From Camelus dromedarius (Eukaryota), in contig NC_087437.1 of NCBI RefSeq assembly GCF_036321535.1, positions 57,724,001 through 57,788,000 on the forward strand: a stretch of DNA of 64,000 bases, read 5' to 3'. This document shows, piece after piece, positions 26,370 through 39,839 of the stretch; position 1 is the first letter of the stretch, and every line of letters begins with the position of its first letter. Made by a program: the position numbers and the translations under genes. The notes below the pieces were generated by a model. The model worked only from the letters and a program-made list of their open reading frames with translations. It did no database searches and was not told where the DNA came from.

Positions 26370-27015
26370 CCTTTGTGCCTTGGACATCTGTTGTTTTTGT
26401 CAGTTCAGAATCTCTTCCTCTACTTCCAGTAGCAACGTCTACCCCTTTTTAGAGGCAAGTGATTTTTATAAAGTTTCCTAGCACAGAACACTCCCAGGCC
26501 ACAGTGGCGGGCATATAACCCAGAGTGAGGCAATCATAGCAGCCCATTTGCTCTGTCACAGTGACTGGTGCCTGGGCAGGAATACGAGCCAAGATGACAG
26601 CCCTCCTTGCATTTTCATAAACTGAAGTCGTCGCAGAAAACTCCCATCTTTTATGTTCTAGGTTCACAGCTGCAGTGGTCTGTAGCCATGCCCAAAGGGC
26701 AGGGACAGAGAGCGAGAGCAAGAGTGAGAGAGAGAGAGGGAAAGAGAGAGAGAAAGAGAAAGAGAGAACAGAGAAAGAGGAGGGGAGAGAGAGAGAGAGT
26801 CAACAAAGAGAGAGAGAGAGAGAGAGAACAGAAGGAGTGACAGAATGTTCTGAAGGCTCTTAACGCCTTTGCCCAGTCCCTGAAATCCCACATCTCACCT
26901 CATTCACTCAACTCACCCCTTTCCTTCTGTGAGCCATCCTAGCATCCTTCTAAAAATTCCCTCTTAAGTAAATTCAAATTGAGGTTCTGTAACTAAAGAA
27001 ATGCTACTGAATACA
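26370..27015 (+). mobile_element. Old MLT1 (K/L-like) LTR containing a GA microsatellite
   Basis: It shows MLT1-like internal motifs and ends 'ttctgtaactaaagaaatgctactgaataca'. Confidence 0.45.
26701..26835 (+). repeat. Imperfect (GA)n polypurine tract
   Basis: About 135 nt made almost entirely of A and G. Confidence 0.9.
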
Positions 27016-28729
27016 ACTTGAATTAAAGTAGCTTTAAACCATTGGTTTTATAAACAAAAACAGAGCAAAACATTAAATTGATCGAACCCAAGAACTTCAG
27101 TTGCAAAACACGATGCTCCCGTGAGCCTGTCAGAGGACCCTGAATCAACGGTCTGTTCTAGCCCACAGTGAGGGTGGCACGTTCCCAGAGCTTTCACCCA
27201 CCGCAGAGGAGACCCTTTCCCCTAATCTGTGAAGGCTGATCACTTAAATGATGCACTCAGAAACGGGCAGCTTGTGTAGATGTCAACACAGTGTACGAGG
27301 GAGTACAAAGAACGTGGCTGCAAACCTCAGAGGATCGGGAATATCAGATTATTCCCAGATTTTTGTTTCCAGAAACACTGAAATAAATGCAGAAAACACA
27401 GGTAAAACATAAATGCAAAGATGTTGTTACCCATCGAGGGGAGATTGTAAAGTTAAAATAATGGAAAAAGCCAAAATCCATAAAGTGATTATGGATTACA
27501 ATGTCTTTAGGACAGGCCCAGTTCTTCTAGACCCTATATTCTCATTTCATGATTTTTTAATGACAAAGAAATGGAAGGATTAAAAATCATCGCAGAAGCT
27601 ATTCTTGTGCCAGAGAAGTTTGGAGAGACAGAGCACAGCCCCTAGGTGTCTAAAGTACCATCCTGATGAAACAGCCAGGAAACAACCTTCCAGAAGTTCA
27701 CTACCTGGCAGCCTAAAATCATCAAAGTAAAATAACCAGATAGCGCGGATAAAATCCTGCTGAAAATAGCCTAGGAAATCCAGAAAATAATGTTACAATC
27801 TATGAACTCCCCAGACTATCATCAAAGAGCAGAGAAATAAAATGATTTAATCCCCATGCAAACCTAAAGCTCACGGCGAGGTGACATCTAATACTGAATC
27901 TTCAGACAGACCCAAGGTCACTCACCTGGACAAAGACCTTCCACGCATCACCTAAATACTGGCTCCAGGGTCATGTGTGAGGTTCCACACTTTAAAGGGT
28001 AGGAAAATATAAAAGTAATAATGGTAGTTACAATTTTGATACTTTTCTCTATACCCATTTATGGAGAAGGCTGGGCTCAGTACCCATCTCCTCTGCTCCT
28101 TGTGACAACCTGTGAGGAAAATATTCTCTTTGTTTAAAGATGAGCAAATGGAGCTCAGAGGTCCTCATTAACAAGTGGTGGAATCCAGATATAAACCTGA
28201 GCTTGACCCCAAAGCCTGACTCACTCTCACCACCACTCTCCATGACCCTTGATGAGTCAATCATCATTTTATAACAAGAGACAGAAAGCATTTAATAAGC
28301 AACCAGTGAATCAAGCATTAAGTCTGAAGTCCTCAGAGCCATCTGCAATATGCTCCCTGTTTTGGTGGTATTGATGCCCATGGGTGACTTTTCGTGGAAT
28401 TACCACCACAAGTACCACCATCACGTCCAAGTCCTGGACAAGAAGCTTCAAGTTTAGGATCTGAGGACAGAGAGGTAAAGTGACTTTCCCAAAGCGACTC
28501 ACAAAGGATTGGAGGGGAACTGGGCTGTCTAGGTTCATCAGAATAGAGAGTACCTGGAGGAGGTTAGTGAGAATGAAGAAGGAGACACTGATTCTAGTCA
28601 AATTATAAATGGGCGTGGATGATCTTTATCCTGAAAGCATGAGCAAGACATGGAGTGGGTCCTGAGTGAAGGAGTCACACAACTGGAGCCATATATGAGC
28701 AAGTGAATGCTCTTGAATGATTGAAGTTG

Positions 28730-29190
28730 GATTCCAAAAGCAAACATATGGCACTCCTAAATTAGGATAATCTGAGGAGACTGCACTTACAAAAGGACTA
28801 ATTACAGAAGGGAGAGCAGGTATAGGGAAGATACAAGGAGAGTGTGGAGGCTCAGGGCAAGTGCGGCAGGACTCTACCAGCCTGAAGAGACAAGAGGGAG
28901 GAGGTACTCAAAACCAGAGGGAGAGAAAGCTGTGTAACTAATGGTACTGGGAAATGAGTAGTGACCTTCTGTCCCGGACAGCCAGAGGTGGCTGCACAGG
29001 AACAAACACTCTGACCTCACTCTCTCTCCCTTCCTTCTCCTGGCAAGGCCCCTCGCTGGACAAACCCAGGAGACAGCCAGAGTATACAGAACCTCTTGGA
29101 GCATCCACACAGGTCACCCTCCCAGGTAGAAAGCAGAGATAAGCGAGTGGAGAGGGGATCTGGAAGCACAAAAAGAAGACACCTGGCTCA
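28730..29190 (-). mobile_element. LTR33-like ERVL solo LTR
   Basis: The tract 'atggcactcctaaattaggataatctgaggaga...aaaggactaattacagaag...ggggatctggaagcacaaa' is the reverse complement of the LTR33 layout. Confidence 0.65.
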
Positions 29191-29480
29191 AAGGTTTCAA
29201 AATAATGAAGCACATTCTATTGCAGTATGGTGTCCAGCCACTTTTAGTTATCTGGATTAACAGAGACGAAGAGTGAGTAGAAACAATGACAGAATAGCTG
29301 AAATTATTACCAGTGTACAAGATACTTTATTCCCAGTGATTATGACACATAATTTTATTTATTTTTAAACATTTGACTCATGTATATTGTATTTCAAGTC
29401 TGTAAGTATACCAGCTTTTCAGATGAGAAGTATGGGTAGGGGTAGGAAGGATCAAGACTGGCTCAAAAGTATACACAATA

Positions 29481-29681
29481 GATTTGCAGATACCCACTAC
29501 TATACATAAAATAGATAAACAATAAGGTCCTTCTATATAGCACAAGGAACTATATTCAATATCTTGTAGTAACCTATAATGAAAAAGAATATGAAAATGA
29601 ATATATGTATGTATATGTCTGATTGGGACATTATGCTGTACACCAGAATTGACACAACATTGTAAACTGACTATACTTCAA

Positions 29682-29758
<77 letters not shown>

Positions 29759-29760
29759 TT
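29481..29760 (+). mobile_element. 5'-truncated L1 3' end with poly(A)/(TA)n tail and perfect TSD
   Basis: An L1 3' UTR, AATAAA, an A-run and (TA)n are flanked by TCAAAAGTATACACAATA at 29463-29480 and 29761-29778. Confidence 0.9.
29701..29746. repeat. (TA)23 microsatellite
   Basis: Read directly from the sequence. Confidence 0.95.
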
Positions 29761-30289
29761 TCAAAAGTATACACAATATAATTTGACCTACTGTGAAAAA
29801 TTAGCTAAGAATTATAGACAACGGAGCATGGAGAGTTAAGAATTAACTTCACTTGAAGCCACACATTTATATTAACAGTTTCATATGCTGTTTGACCAAT
29901 TATATCTTTCAAGTTCATGACAGACAAGAAAGCTCCCATAAACAGAAATTTGAGTGCTTCCTTATCAGGAGCTAACTGATTGTACTTCATTTTACATCAT
30001 TTCATTAGGTACTTGATTCAGTTCTGAGATTCTGATTTTGCACATAGGTATCCGTAGGTTACACGTGTATGCCACTGATAAGCACACTGGCTGGTGAAAC
30101 GTGTTGACCAAAGTTCTATATTTCGCTCTGCCAAGAACTGATAAAATTAAAATATCCTTGGTAGGCAGGAACCCTGAGACCGAGTCCCATTTCAGCTGAT
30201 TCTGAGCAAGTCTCTTTCTGGCCTTTTCAAGCTAGTATCTTTGCCCTATCCAATCTCTCATAGAAAATACATATTGAACACTTACTATT

Positions 30290-30470
30290 TTCCAAGTACC
30301 ATTTTTATCTCCATTCCTTATCACAGCAACCCAAGAAGCAGGTAGTTATCTCCATTATACCAATGAGAAAACTGACTCTCATTAACTTAGGTTAAGCAAT
30401 TTACCTGTAATCTTGCAGCTAGTAAGTGAGAAAGGCAGGATTCAAACCCAGACCCTAACTTATGACTATA
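30290..30470 (-). mobile_element. MIR SINE
   Basis: It contains 'ctccattataccaatgagaaaactga...ggttaagcaattta...gctagtaagtgagaaaggcaggattcaaacccag'. Confidence 0.65.
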
Positions 30471-32400
30471 ATACCATATCCCTACCCCATAATAATCTTC
30501 TGGGGTTCAAACAAAAGAAAATGCTGAAGTACTGCGTAAAGGTAAAGTATGATAAAACATAAAGATTGTTGTCTAATAAATTCCAACATCCATCACTACT
30601 TCTTAAGTATAAGTTTGCAAGATTATTCTATTCACTCTTCACATAAATATCTTTAATGTGTATCAATAGCTTTCCGTCTTCCTGTGAATGAGGGAAATTT
30701 TTCAAATAGATTGTGTGTCAGGATACTTGGAAGTAATTAAAAGGAAGGTAAGCCCTGGCCGAAAGAAAAAGGAAGTTCAGAAAATGGAAAGTGAACCCCT
30801 TTCCACTAATATCAGTATTTATTTAGTTGCTCTTCAGACTTAAGTCACTGTTTCAGGAGAACTGTTGACTGGCATAAACTCAAAAGAAACATTTTCTCAT
30901 ACTCCAGTAGGCATGCAACACTTCAGTGCATCGTCTTGATGTTATGCTCTGCGTCTGAATTCTTACTACACATTTTCTCTGCTCTAAACCTGCTGAGCCC
31001 ACTTTTCTGCAGAACAGACATCATAAAACAGGATAATCTCTAGTTGTACATGTTGATCACAACATGGACACCTAAGAGAGGCATGCTGTTTGAAAAGCAC
31101 TGCTGAACATCACACGGGTATGTGTGCCCATCTACAGCTCAGGTCTGCTCTCCTTCTGGCTACTCCCTGGCTAGATACAGGAAATGAATTCCCTTTTGAA
31201 CAAGCAATGTTCCTGGGCCTCCCTTCTTCTCCTCATAATAAAAGGTATTATTCTACTTCCAAGTCTCTTTCAAGTCAAGGCCACAGGAGACTACACAGTT
31301 CAGTCTAGGTTCAGAGTCCAGCACCACCGTCCTTCCAGCTGGCAGCAGCAGCATCTCAAGAGAAAGAGCAGGAGGATGGGACCCTGAGCAGAGCAGATGC
31401 CCACCTGCCCAAAGTCCCAGTTCCTATCTGGGTCAGATGTTATTGCAATATGTGACCAGTAAAGTCACATGGAGTCTCAGTAATCCTGATTCAGTCAACT
31501 TCTTTATTTCAGTTGTCCAAAAAAAACAAAAAAAAACAAAAACAAACAAACAAACAAAAAAAACCCTAGGAGATGCATTTGAGCATTACTTAGCTTCTTG
31601 TCCACAAACAAAATGATAAATGAAAAAGAAATTCTACAAACTCTGTCTCCCACTAATAAACCAAAACAAATAAACACATATTTCTTGCTCCTGAATGGTG
31701 GTATGTGTAAGATGAGGAGAAAAATAGAATAAATCTATTCATCTAGTCTGGCTAAACAAAATCATGTTTTATATTCTCATAATAATGCTTCCTGGTTCAT
31801 TCAATCCATTTTGAGTGCCTCCTGTGTATTCAGTTAAGGGGACTACAAAACCTAGACGGCATTCCTCACCCCCTAGAATACCAAGGTGTATAATATTTAT
31901 AAAAAGAGCAAAATGGGCTAGGCTAAGGAATAAAAATTATGGGTGATGAAGACCCTAAAACTAGAGCATATAAACTTAGAAATGTTTTATAGCCTAGAGG
32001 ATTGGGGATGGGTTTGCAGCACAGGCATGAGCCAGCCTGAGTTTAAAAGACAGAATTTGGATTGGGAAAAGAAAAGGAAAAGGATTTTCTGGGTTGTCAT
32101 GCAGATGTGGAAAGGCAACAGCAGAGAGCACACCAGTACTCTGGGAACACTCGGTTGGCACCAGCACGGAGAACTACTGGGGATCACGAGCGGGAGGCAA
32201 AGAATCTGGTGACGATCCAACTGAAATAATCTCAGTGCTAAATGCTGATAATGACAGAAACAGAATAGAGGAAATAAATAGTAATGAGACTTTGCAAAAG
32301 AACCTCACCGTTCTTCTCACCCTTGCCCATAAAATCCATTCTTTTTTCCACGAAACCAGTACTGTGGGATCACAATTTTCTACTTTGCACAATACACTTT

Positions 32401-33458
32401 ATTTTTTTTAACATTTTTTATTGATTTATAATCATTTTACAATGTTGTGTCAAATTCCAGTGTAGAGCACAATTTTTCAGTTATACATGAACATATATAT
32501 ATTCATTGTCACATTTTTTCTCTGTGAGCTACCATAAGATCTTGTATATATTTCCCTGTGCTATACAGTATAATTCTGTTTATCTATTCTACAATTTTGA
32601 AATCCCAGTCTATTTCTTCCCACCCCCCGCCCCCTTGGCAACCACAAGTTTGTATTCTATGTCCTTGAGTCTGTTTCTGTTTTGTATTTATGTTTTGTTT
32701 GTTTGTTTTGGGGTTTTTTTTTTATTCCACATATGAGCGATCTCATATGGCATTTTTCTTTCTCTTTCTGGCTTACTTCACTTAGAATGACATTCTCCAG
32801 GAGCATCCATGTTGCTGCAAATGGCATTATGTTGTCTGTTTTTATGGCTGAATAGTATTCCATTGTATAAATATACCACTTCTTCTTTATCCAGTCATCC
32901 GTTGATGGACATTTAGGCTGTTTCCATGTCTTGGCTATTGTAAATAGTGCTGCTATGAACATTGGGGTGCAGGTGTCATCCTGAAGTAGGGTTGCTTCTG
33001 GATATAAGCCCAGGAGCAGTGTTCCTGGGTCATACAGTAAGTCTATTCCTAGTCTTTGAGGAATCTCCATACTGTTTTCCACACTGGCTGCACCAAACTG
33101 CATTCCCACCAGCAGTGTAGGAGGGTTCCCCTTTCTCCAGCATTTGTCATTTGTGGATTTTTGAATGATGGCCATTCTGACTGGTGTGAGGTGATACCTC
33201 ATTGTAGTTTTGATTTGCATTTCTCTGATAATTAGTGATATTGAGCATTTTTTCATGTGCTTATTGATCATTTGTATGTCTTCCTTGGAAAATTGCTTGT
33301 TTAGGTCTTTTGCCCATTTTTGGATTAGGCTGTTCAGTTGTTTCTTATTAAGTCGTATGAGCTGCTTATATATTCTGGAGATCAAGCCTTTGTCGGTTTC
33401 ATTTGCAAAAATTTTCTCCCATTCCGTAGGCTGTCTTTTTGTTTTACTTATGGTTTCC
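32401..33458 (-). mobile_element. Young 5'-truncated camelid-type L1 (about 1.06 kb)
   Basis: It comprises the ORF2 C-terminus, 3' UTR and A-tail. The TSD TACACTTT(A) lies at 32393 and 33459, and the minus-strand junction TTT/AAAG fits the L1 endonuclease site. Confidence 0.95.
32657..33385 (-). pseudogene. L1 ORF2p C-terminal fragment (242-aa open frame, non-functional)
   Basis: The translation contains the L1 ORF2p motifs [51 protein letters not shown] and [13 protein letters not shown]. The EN and RT domains are absent. Confidence 0.9.
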
Positions 33459-34599
33459 TACACTTTAAATCTCAACATTAAGTTCCTTCCTTCTCCCCCA
33501 GATGCAATTACGGTACTGAGTGTCAGCACGAGAGTCCATAACTTCCTAATTCTAGGACATCACTCAGTGTAGAAAAGATTTGTGAAAAAAAAAAAAACTT
33601 AACAGTTTTTTAAAAATGGAGGAAAAAAAAGTATGACTTCTGGGCTCACCAGTGGGAAAAAGGATACGCTGAGTCCTCCTACCAAGAGGATTCTGAGGCA
33701 AATGGTGCTGCCATGTATAGAGACAATAAAAGAATAAACTATTTTTAAAATAATGTTGCCGACTGAGTGGAGTAATTACTAAATGCAGAAAGCAGATACC
33801 TTACAATGGGGAAACATCGAGATCTCTTTCAACCCTCCCTAAACTGAACCAACTTAAAAAGTTTCTGCCCAAAGTCCTAATCACTAGCAATACAGGACAC
33901 AGCTAAAGATGTCTACAGTCACGCCACATGCGATGCACTCTATGTGAAAAAAATAAAAATAAAAAATAAAAAGGGGGTCAGCACATTTTGAAACTTAGAA
34001 GGGAATCCAAATCAGCTTAACTGCATTATCTTCTGACATTTGCCAACTGCTATTGACTGATCAAAGTACCTTCTTTGTCTACATGTTGAGCTAACACAGA
34101 TTAATTACTCCACTATCCACTTAAAATTAAATCAAAGGAGATGACATTATAATTGGTTAGCTCTAACCGTGGAAGCAGGGAAGAGAGAAGCACTGTTTAA
34201 TGCTCCATAAGCTTGATTTATTTTTCTAAAACAACATGCTGAAGTTAACCTCCCCCCAAAAATGAAGTAACTATAACGCTGAGAGATGAAATTTTCATTC
34301 ACTGCATGTCTTCCTCAGAATACTGTCTGTAACAGAAATCTCACTTCAAAGGGCTGTAGGATTTGCAGAGTGGCGACTTCAGCAGCAGCCTCCAAAACAA
34401 ATTTTATGTAGAGGTCTGCTGACATCAGTTTTTTAAATCTCTTTGAAGTTGGAAAAAGCATAAATGGCTTGAATGGTTTACAAAATGTCATTTATCCTGA
34501 CGTATCACAGACAGCAGCAATTTTGTTCTGAATGGATTTGCCATTATCCCCCAGTTTTAGGGCTAAATCCTAATAATCTGTATCAGTCAAGGTAATCCT

Positions 34600-34975
34600 A
34601 CCCATCTTGTTTAAGATAAACTAAGTCTATATCAATTAATGAATAACAATTCTCTGGTCACAGAGATTTTTTTTTTTAATTTTTGTTCAGTTATACACAG
34701 ACTGTCCCACTGTATATGGTCCCCGCTTGCTTCAGGCAGCATCCTACCTATGACCACAAAAGGAATCAGTCTAAGACTGAAGCCAACCACAGGGTAGATG
34801 GCTGCAAATACAGAGAAATCAAGTACTTGATGAGACAGTTCTATCACTCAACCAACCAGCCCTGAAGTCCAGTCTACCTCTGGATATTTCCGTAAAACGA
34901 GGCAGATAATCTTCTTGGTACTTAAGCCATATTGAGTCATATTTTCTGTAAACTCTAGTCAAAAGCATCCACACC
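34600..34975 (+). mobile_element. MLT1J/K-like LTR relic
   Basis: It contains 'ccagccctgaagtccagtctacctctgga...cttaagccatattgagt...caaaagcatcc'. Confidence 0.55.
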
Positions 34976-37796
34976 ACTCCACCATGTGTGATGCTCAGTT
35001 CTTCTCAGGGTCTATTCTTAATCAGAGACCATGAAAATAAATCTTAAAGCCTACTGAGCATATTTTTATTTGTTTACATATGAAGAGGCAAAGAGGCCAT
35101 CTGAAGAAGGCAGGGTGATTTTAGAATCTGCATAACTAATGGAATCTCCTGGGCCCAGCAGTTTAATACCGTGTCATCATCACACACCAGCCCATCGCTC
35201 CTGAGGACAGCGAGGACGCTGCACCTCGTTACAGGGGTCAGTATGAGCTGCCAAACTGGGGTCTTGAACCTCAGTCACAGAAGAGATTGCATCCTTAGTG
35301 TTTTAGTATTTGAAAGGAACTAAGCTAAATGCATGTCAGAAAAATAACATACATTTACTATGAATTACTATTTAATTTTTTATTTAATGAAGATCTTATT
35401 GGAAGAGTAAAATTCAACTGAGAAGAGGACAGGTACCATGGCAAAGAAGAAAAGCCTGGAATATCAATCTTAAGATATGGTTAAATTCCTAACTGTTCTT
35501 TGTAGCCTTGTGACATTGTACAGATTACTTAAACTTTCTGAGATACTCCCCTCTTCAGTAAAAGAAAAGAATAATGATATAATTCTCAAAAGCTTTCAAT
35601 AGGATAATAGAGATAATGTGAAAGAGCTTTAACAATTCCTTGTTATTTATGTGATGTAATTTTCTCAAAATGAGTAGCATCGAACCTGGTTGGAAAGACA
35701 AAATGTGCGCAGTAAAACACAGACTGATTCATTTCCATGTTCAAAGCTTCCAACTTACCATTGTCTAAAGTATAAATACTTTGGAACTTACAATCTTCTA
35801 CAACCTGGCTGCAATTTATGTATCCAGTCCTGTCACTCACTACTCATCTTTACAAGCTCTACTTGCCAGTGAACTTGCAGTCCTTCATTCCTGAGCGCCC
35901 CATGGATCTCTGCCTTCCTCACATACAGCCACTTACATGCTGAAGCTCTTCTTACTCCTCTTCTAGGAATCCTCCCTTTCTGCCCACGTCAACTCTCTGC
36001 CCACGTCTCAAAGCCCAGTTCAAATGCCACCTCCTTCAGGCAGATTCACATTCCACCACAAACTGTCATCTCTCATTCTCTGAACTCCTACTGCCCTTCA
36101 TAATGTAACTTGCTTGCCATGAAAAGCAAAACAAAGCAAAACAAAACAAAACAAAAACTTTACATAATGGTGCATATGAAAACATCTTCTTTTTCTTAGC
36201 ACACTGTGAATCTCTTAGGGCAGAATTATGTCTCATGTGGTTCTATCTCCTGAAGATGATAAAATGAAACAACTCATAAGTATTTAGTAAATGTCAGTTC
36301 AATTAACATACACGACTAATAGAAGGAGAAATGACTCTTAAAATAGGGGGATGAATTAGCATGATAAGCTGTGTATGTAAATGATGAAAATAATTCACAC
36401 CACGGATTGACCACTGTATCGTCAATTGCCAACAAGCAGAAGTGTGGTTAAGGCATAGCTTGAGAGAAGAACAGTATTTGGATTAATTGAGAGGAAGTTG
36501 AAAGACATTCCCAGTAGAAAAGATAGACAGATATACAGACAGATATATACATTATATGCCTAAAGGAGAAACGAGATTTTTAAGTGACAAAGGCAGAGAA
36601 CTAGCCCATGTAACAATCACATGGGCTATGCAAAATAGCAGTAGGAAATAAGAACTACTGTAAGACTGAACTATAAATAAACCCAAAGCTTAAGGCTTTG
36701 GCCTTTTTACTGTAGATGGGAGGGAGCCCTTTACATTCTTGGGAAGTCACTTGTAGCATAATACACATTGTAAGGAAAAAAATTTTAATAATAGATGATA
36801 TATCAGCAGCAAAGAAAAATAAAGTAGCAAAGGTAAATCCAAGAATTTGAGACTAGAAGACTGAAGAACTGAGTACATCCCTAATATAAATGAATAACCA
36901 ATACCCACAGCTGTCCTAGTTAAGCAGATGAGATGGCAAACTCTATTTTGGTCTCGCTGGATCAGAGGAAGGGTATCTAGGGGAGAAATGATACTGTGAA
37001 AGCAAGCATGTCCCTGAGGGAGCTCTGTCTATTATCACCACTGAGGTGCAAAGATTCTGATTTCCATGCAAAAGAATACCCAACCATCGGATGCTCTTTT
37101 AATCCAAAGGAAATCATTCATTCTTCTTAAAAAAAAAAAAAGAAAGAGACATCTGTTTTGATTGATCTAGAACTTGCTCTAGAACCCGCTATGCATTCTG
37201 AAACACCACACAGACCCTTCCATCCAGGTTCACATGTGACAGAAGCACAAGTTATGCTGACCACCTGTCACATCTCCCCACAAAAAGCAAAATGCAGCTT
37301 CTCTGATGTGAAATGTTCATTATATAAAGATGATAATTTTTAGACTGTGATGTATCTCTGGGAGGGGGAATTCTCTTTTAAGCTAGTGCCAAAGATAATG
37401 ATCGCCTGTGAGAGCTAGAATGGGAAAAGTGCAGGTTTCTCTGCATGGAAGGAGAGGACAGTTGCCACAGAGGTGGATAAACGGTCAAGCACTCTCTCGC
37501 TGCTGAACACACAGATCTGCCTTAAACAGCCCCAGGGGAGGCTATTCCCATTGTATTTATGTGAATGACATCTCCTGGAGCACAATTCCGGAAAACCTTA
37601 TATCTGGTGTCCCTAGAACTGGTGGCCCTTCCCCAGACCAAAGTTCATTTCAAAGACAACAATGCATTTACTAGATAGAGTTTCATCTTATTTGTATTTT
37701 TATTTTAGGCCTATATGTTTCAAGACTAGTCTAGTATCCCAACTACCATAGTCAATGCCTAGGCATCCGGGAGTTGAACAGTTGGATCTTCTGGTA

Positions 37797-38900
37797 TACC
37801 GTTTCTCAAATTAGGTAAGGGGTACGGTAGGGGGTGTCCATGGGAATATAAATTGAAAATTTTATATGTATACACACATACATATATATACCCATATATA
37901 TTATATACAAAAATGTATGTGTATATATGTGTATGAATCTATATATTTGCACATAGACATATTCTGGAGCATCTGGATGATGACTTTATAACTGATTATT
38001 GACACAAAGTTTTCGAATAAATGTTTCTGGTTTTGATTATGATCTGTTTCACTTAAAGTAAAAGTCAGATGAAATCATGTATCAAATAAAAATTGTGCTA
38101 GTTCAAATAAAGAAAAACAGAGTAATCATATGACTTTTGAAAACTCAGAAGTACTTGTGTCTCAGCAATAAGAAGACATTTTATTTTGCTGGCAGATGCA
38201 TTACAGAAATCCCAGCTCTGAGCATACCATTATTGCAACAACTCATTCACAGTAAGAACAAATAGCAAATGTGCAATAAGAAATTTCTCTCTTCCCAATT
38301 CCAGCAACTAGTTCACATAACATAATGTAGTTTTCAGTAACACTGCCTTTATCTTTAAGTGAAAAAAAAAATAGTTTTAGAATGACATGTAATTAATTTT
38401 AACATTTTAGATTTTCCATCAGGCAGAGGTTTGATTAAGCATAAGGTCAAATACCTTCAATTAACAAACAAAACCAAGAAATTATTAATTCTGTTCAATA
38501 TACTTATGTGAACAGGTCTTATTTGTATGAGTATTATTAAAATAAGAGCACAGAAACATTAAATATAAAACTGCATCTGAACTGAGGTAATTTCGTGTCA
38601 TTAAAACATCACCTATAACATTAAATGAATATTAATTTGAATTGAAATGCTTTTGAATAGACTTGTTTATAACTTAATCTGTAAATTATCTGGTTTCAGT
38701 ATTTTATAAGAGCTTTAAACAAGAGATATTTATGCTCATACATATTTTTTCCAATATATCTTTATTATAATATATTATAAATATGTTTATTTTTATATAT
38801 TACATATATTTAATATAATAAAAATAATTTAAATTTCACTAAATGGTCATTAATATAGTTTTCATTAGAGAGGTACCTCACCTAAATTTGAGAAACACTG
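37797..38900. mobile_element. hAT-Charlie DNA transposon relic with both terminal inverted repeats
   Basis: The left end GTTTCTCAAATTAGGTAAGG pairs with the right end CCTCACCTAAATTTGAGAAACACTG. The right flank CTCTAGAG is the typical Charlie target site. Confidence 0.65.
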
Positions 38901-38984
38901 CTCTAGAGGATCTAGGTCCAAAGAATTCAGCACCAAATCAACACCTGAAAGACAAATCTTTCAAGTCCTCTTAAGCTATCATCT

Positions 38985-39710
38985 ATTCATTCATGTTTAC
39001 TGAATGCCTACTGTGTGTTAGATACCTAAGTTTTATCAGTGACCAAGGCACACAAGTTTCCTATCCTTATGGCGCTTAAAACCAAATGAGTGAGAAGGAT
39101 AATTAGTATGTGAACAAATCATTTTTAAAAATTCAAGCTGCATTCAGTGTACGCTATGAATAACAAGGGCCCTATGATAAATAGAGTAACTTGGAGGACC
39201 AGTTGAGATTAGCTGATCAGTGGAAGCCTCTTGGAGACCATACTGTTTAAGATGATCTCTAGATGAAAGAATGAGCCATTTACACAGTGGACACAGGCAG
39301 CAAGGGGAATTACTCCAGAGGAGGAAATAAAAATGTATAAAACTCTACTGTGGGAAAAGTTTGGTGTGTCCTAGGAAGTAAAAAAAGAGTATGTCTTAGA
39401 AGTAGTGAGCTGGGGAAGAATGGGATAAGATGAGGTTGCAGAGGTAGGCAAAGAGCCATCATTCAAAGTGGTTTTTTTGGGGGGAGGGGTGTAATTAGGT
39501 TTACTTATTATTTATTTTTAGAGCAGGTACAGGGGATTGAACCCAGGACCCTGTGTATGCTCAGTATGCTTTCTGCCACTTCAGCTATATCCTCCCCACT
39601 TCATTCGGAGTCTTGAAAGCCTTATTAAGAGTTTTGATTTTATTCTGAATGGAAAAAGAAGCCAATGAGGAGTACAGACAGTGGAAAACATTATCTAATT
39701 CATATTTTTA
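38985..39710 (-). mobile_element. L2 fragment, interrupted by a SINE
   Basis: It begins 'attcattcatgtttactgaatgcctactgtgtg' and continues with L2-like 'gatgaggttgcagaggtaggca...gagttttgattttattctg'. Confidence 0.7.
39470..39598 (-). mobile_element. Vic-1-type SINE
   Basis: The minus strand reads GGGGAGGATATAGCTGAAGTGGCAGA...GGGTTCAATCCCCTGTACC...CCTAATTAC. The TSD is degenerate: TCATTCAAAGT / TCATTCGGAGT. Confidence 0.85.
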
Positions 39711-39839
39711 AATTTTCAGGCTTAAGGGAGTAAAATAACTAGCTATGCCACTGACAAAACACTGAAGTCTCATAGTTGGACAAGGATGCAGCCTCCTTCA
39801 CTTGAGACCAAAATTGTCTCAAAAGGAACAGGAGCCATG

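Noticed and set aside
36602..36628. 10-bp hairpin TAGCCCATGT/ACATGGGCTA
   Set aside because: About one such hairpin is expected by chance in 64 kb, and there is no supporting context.
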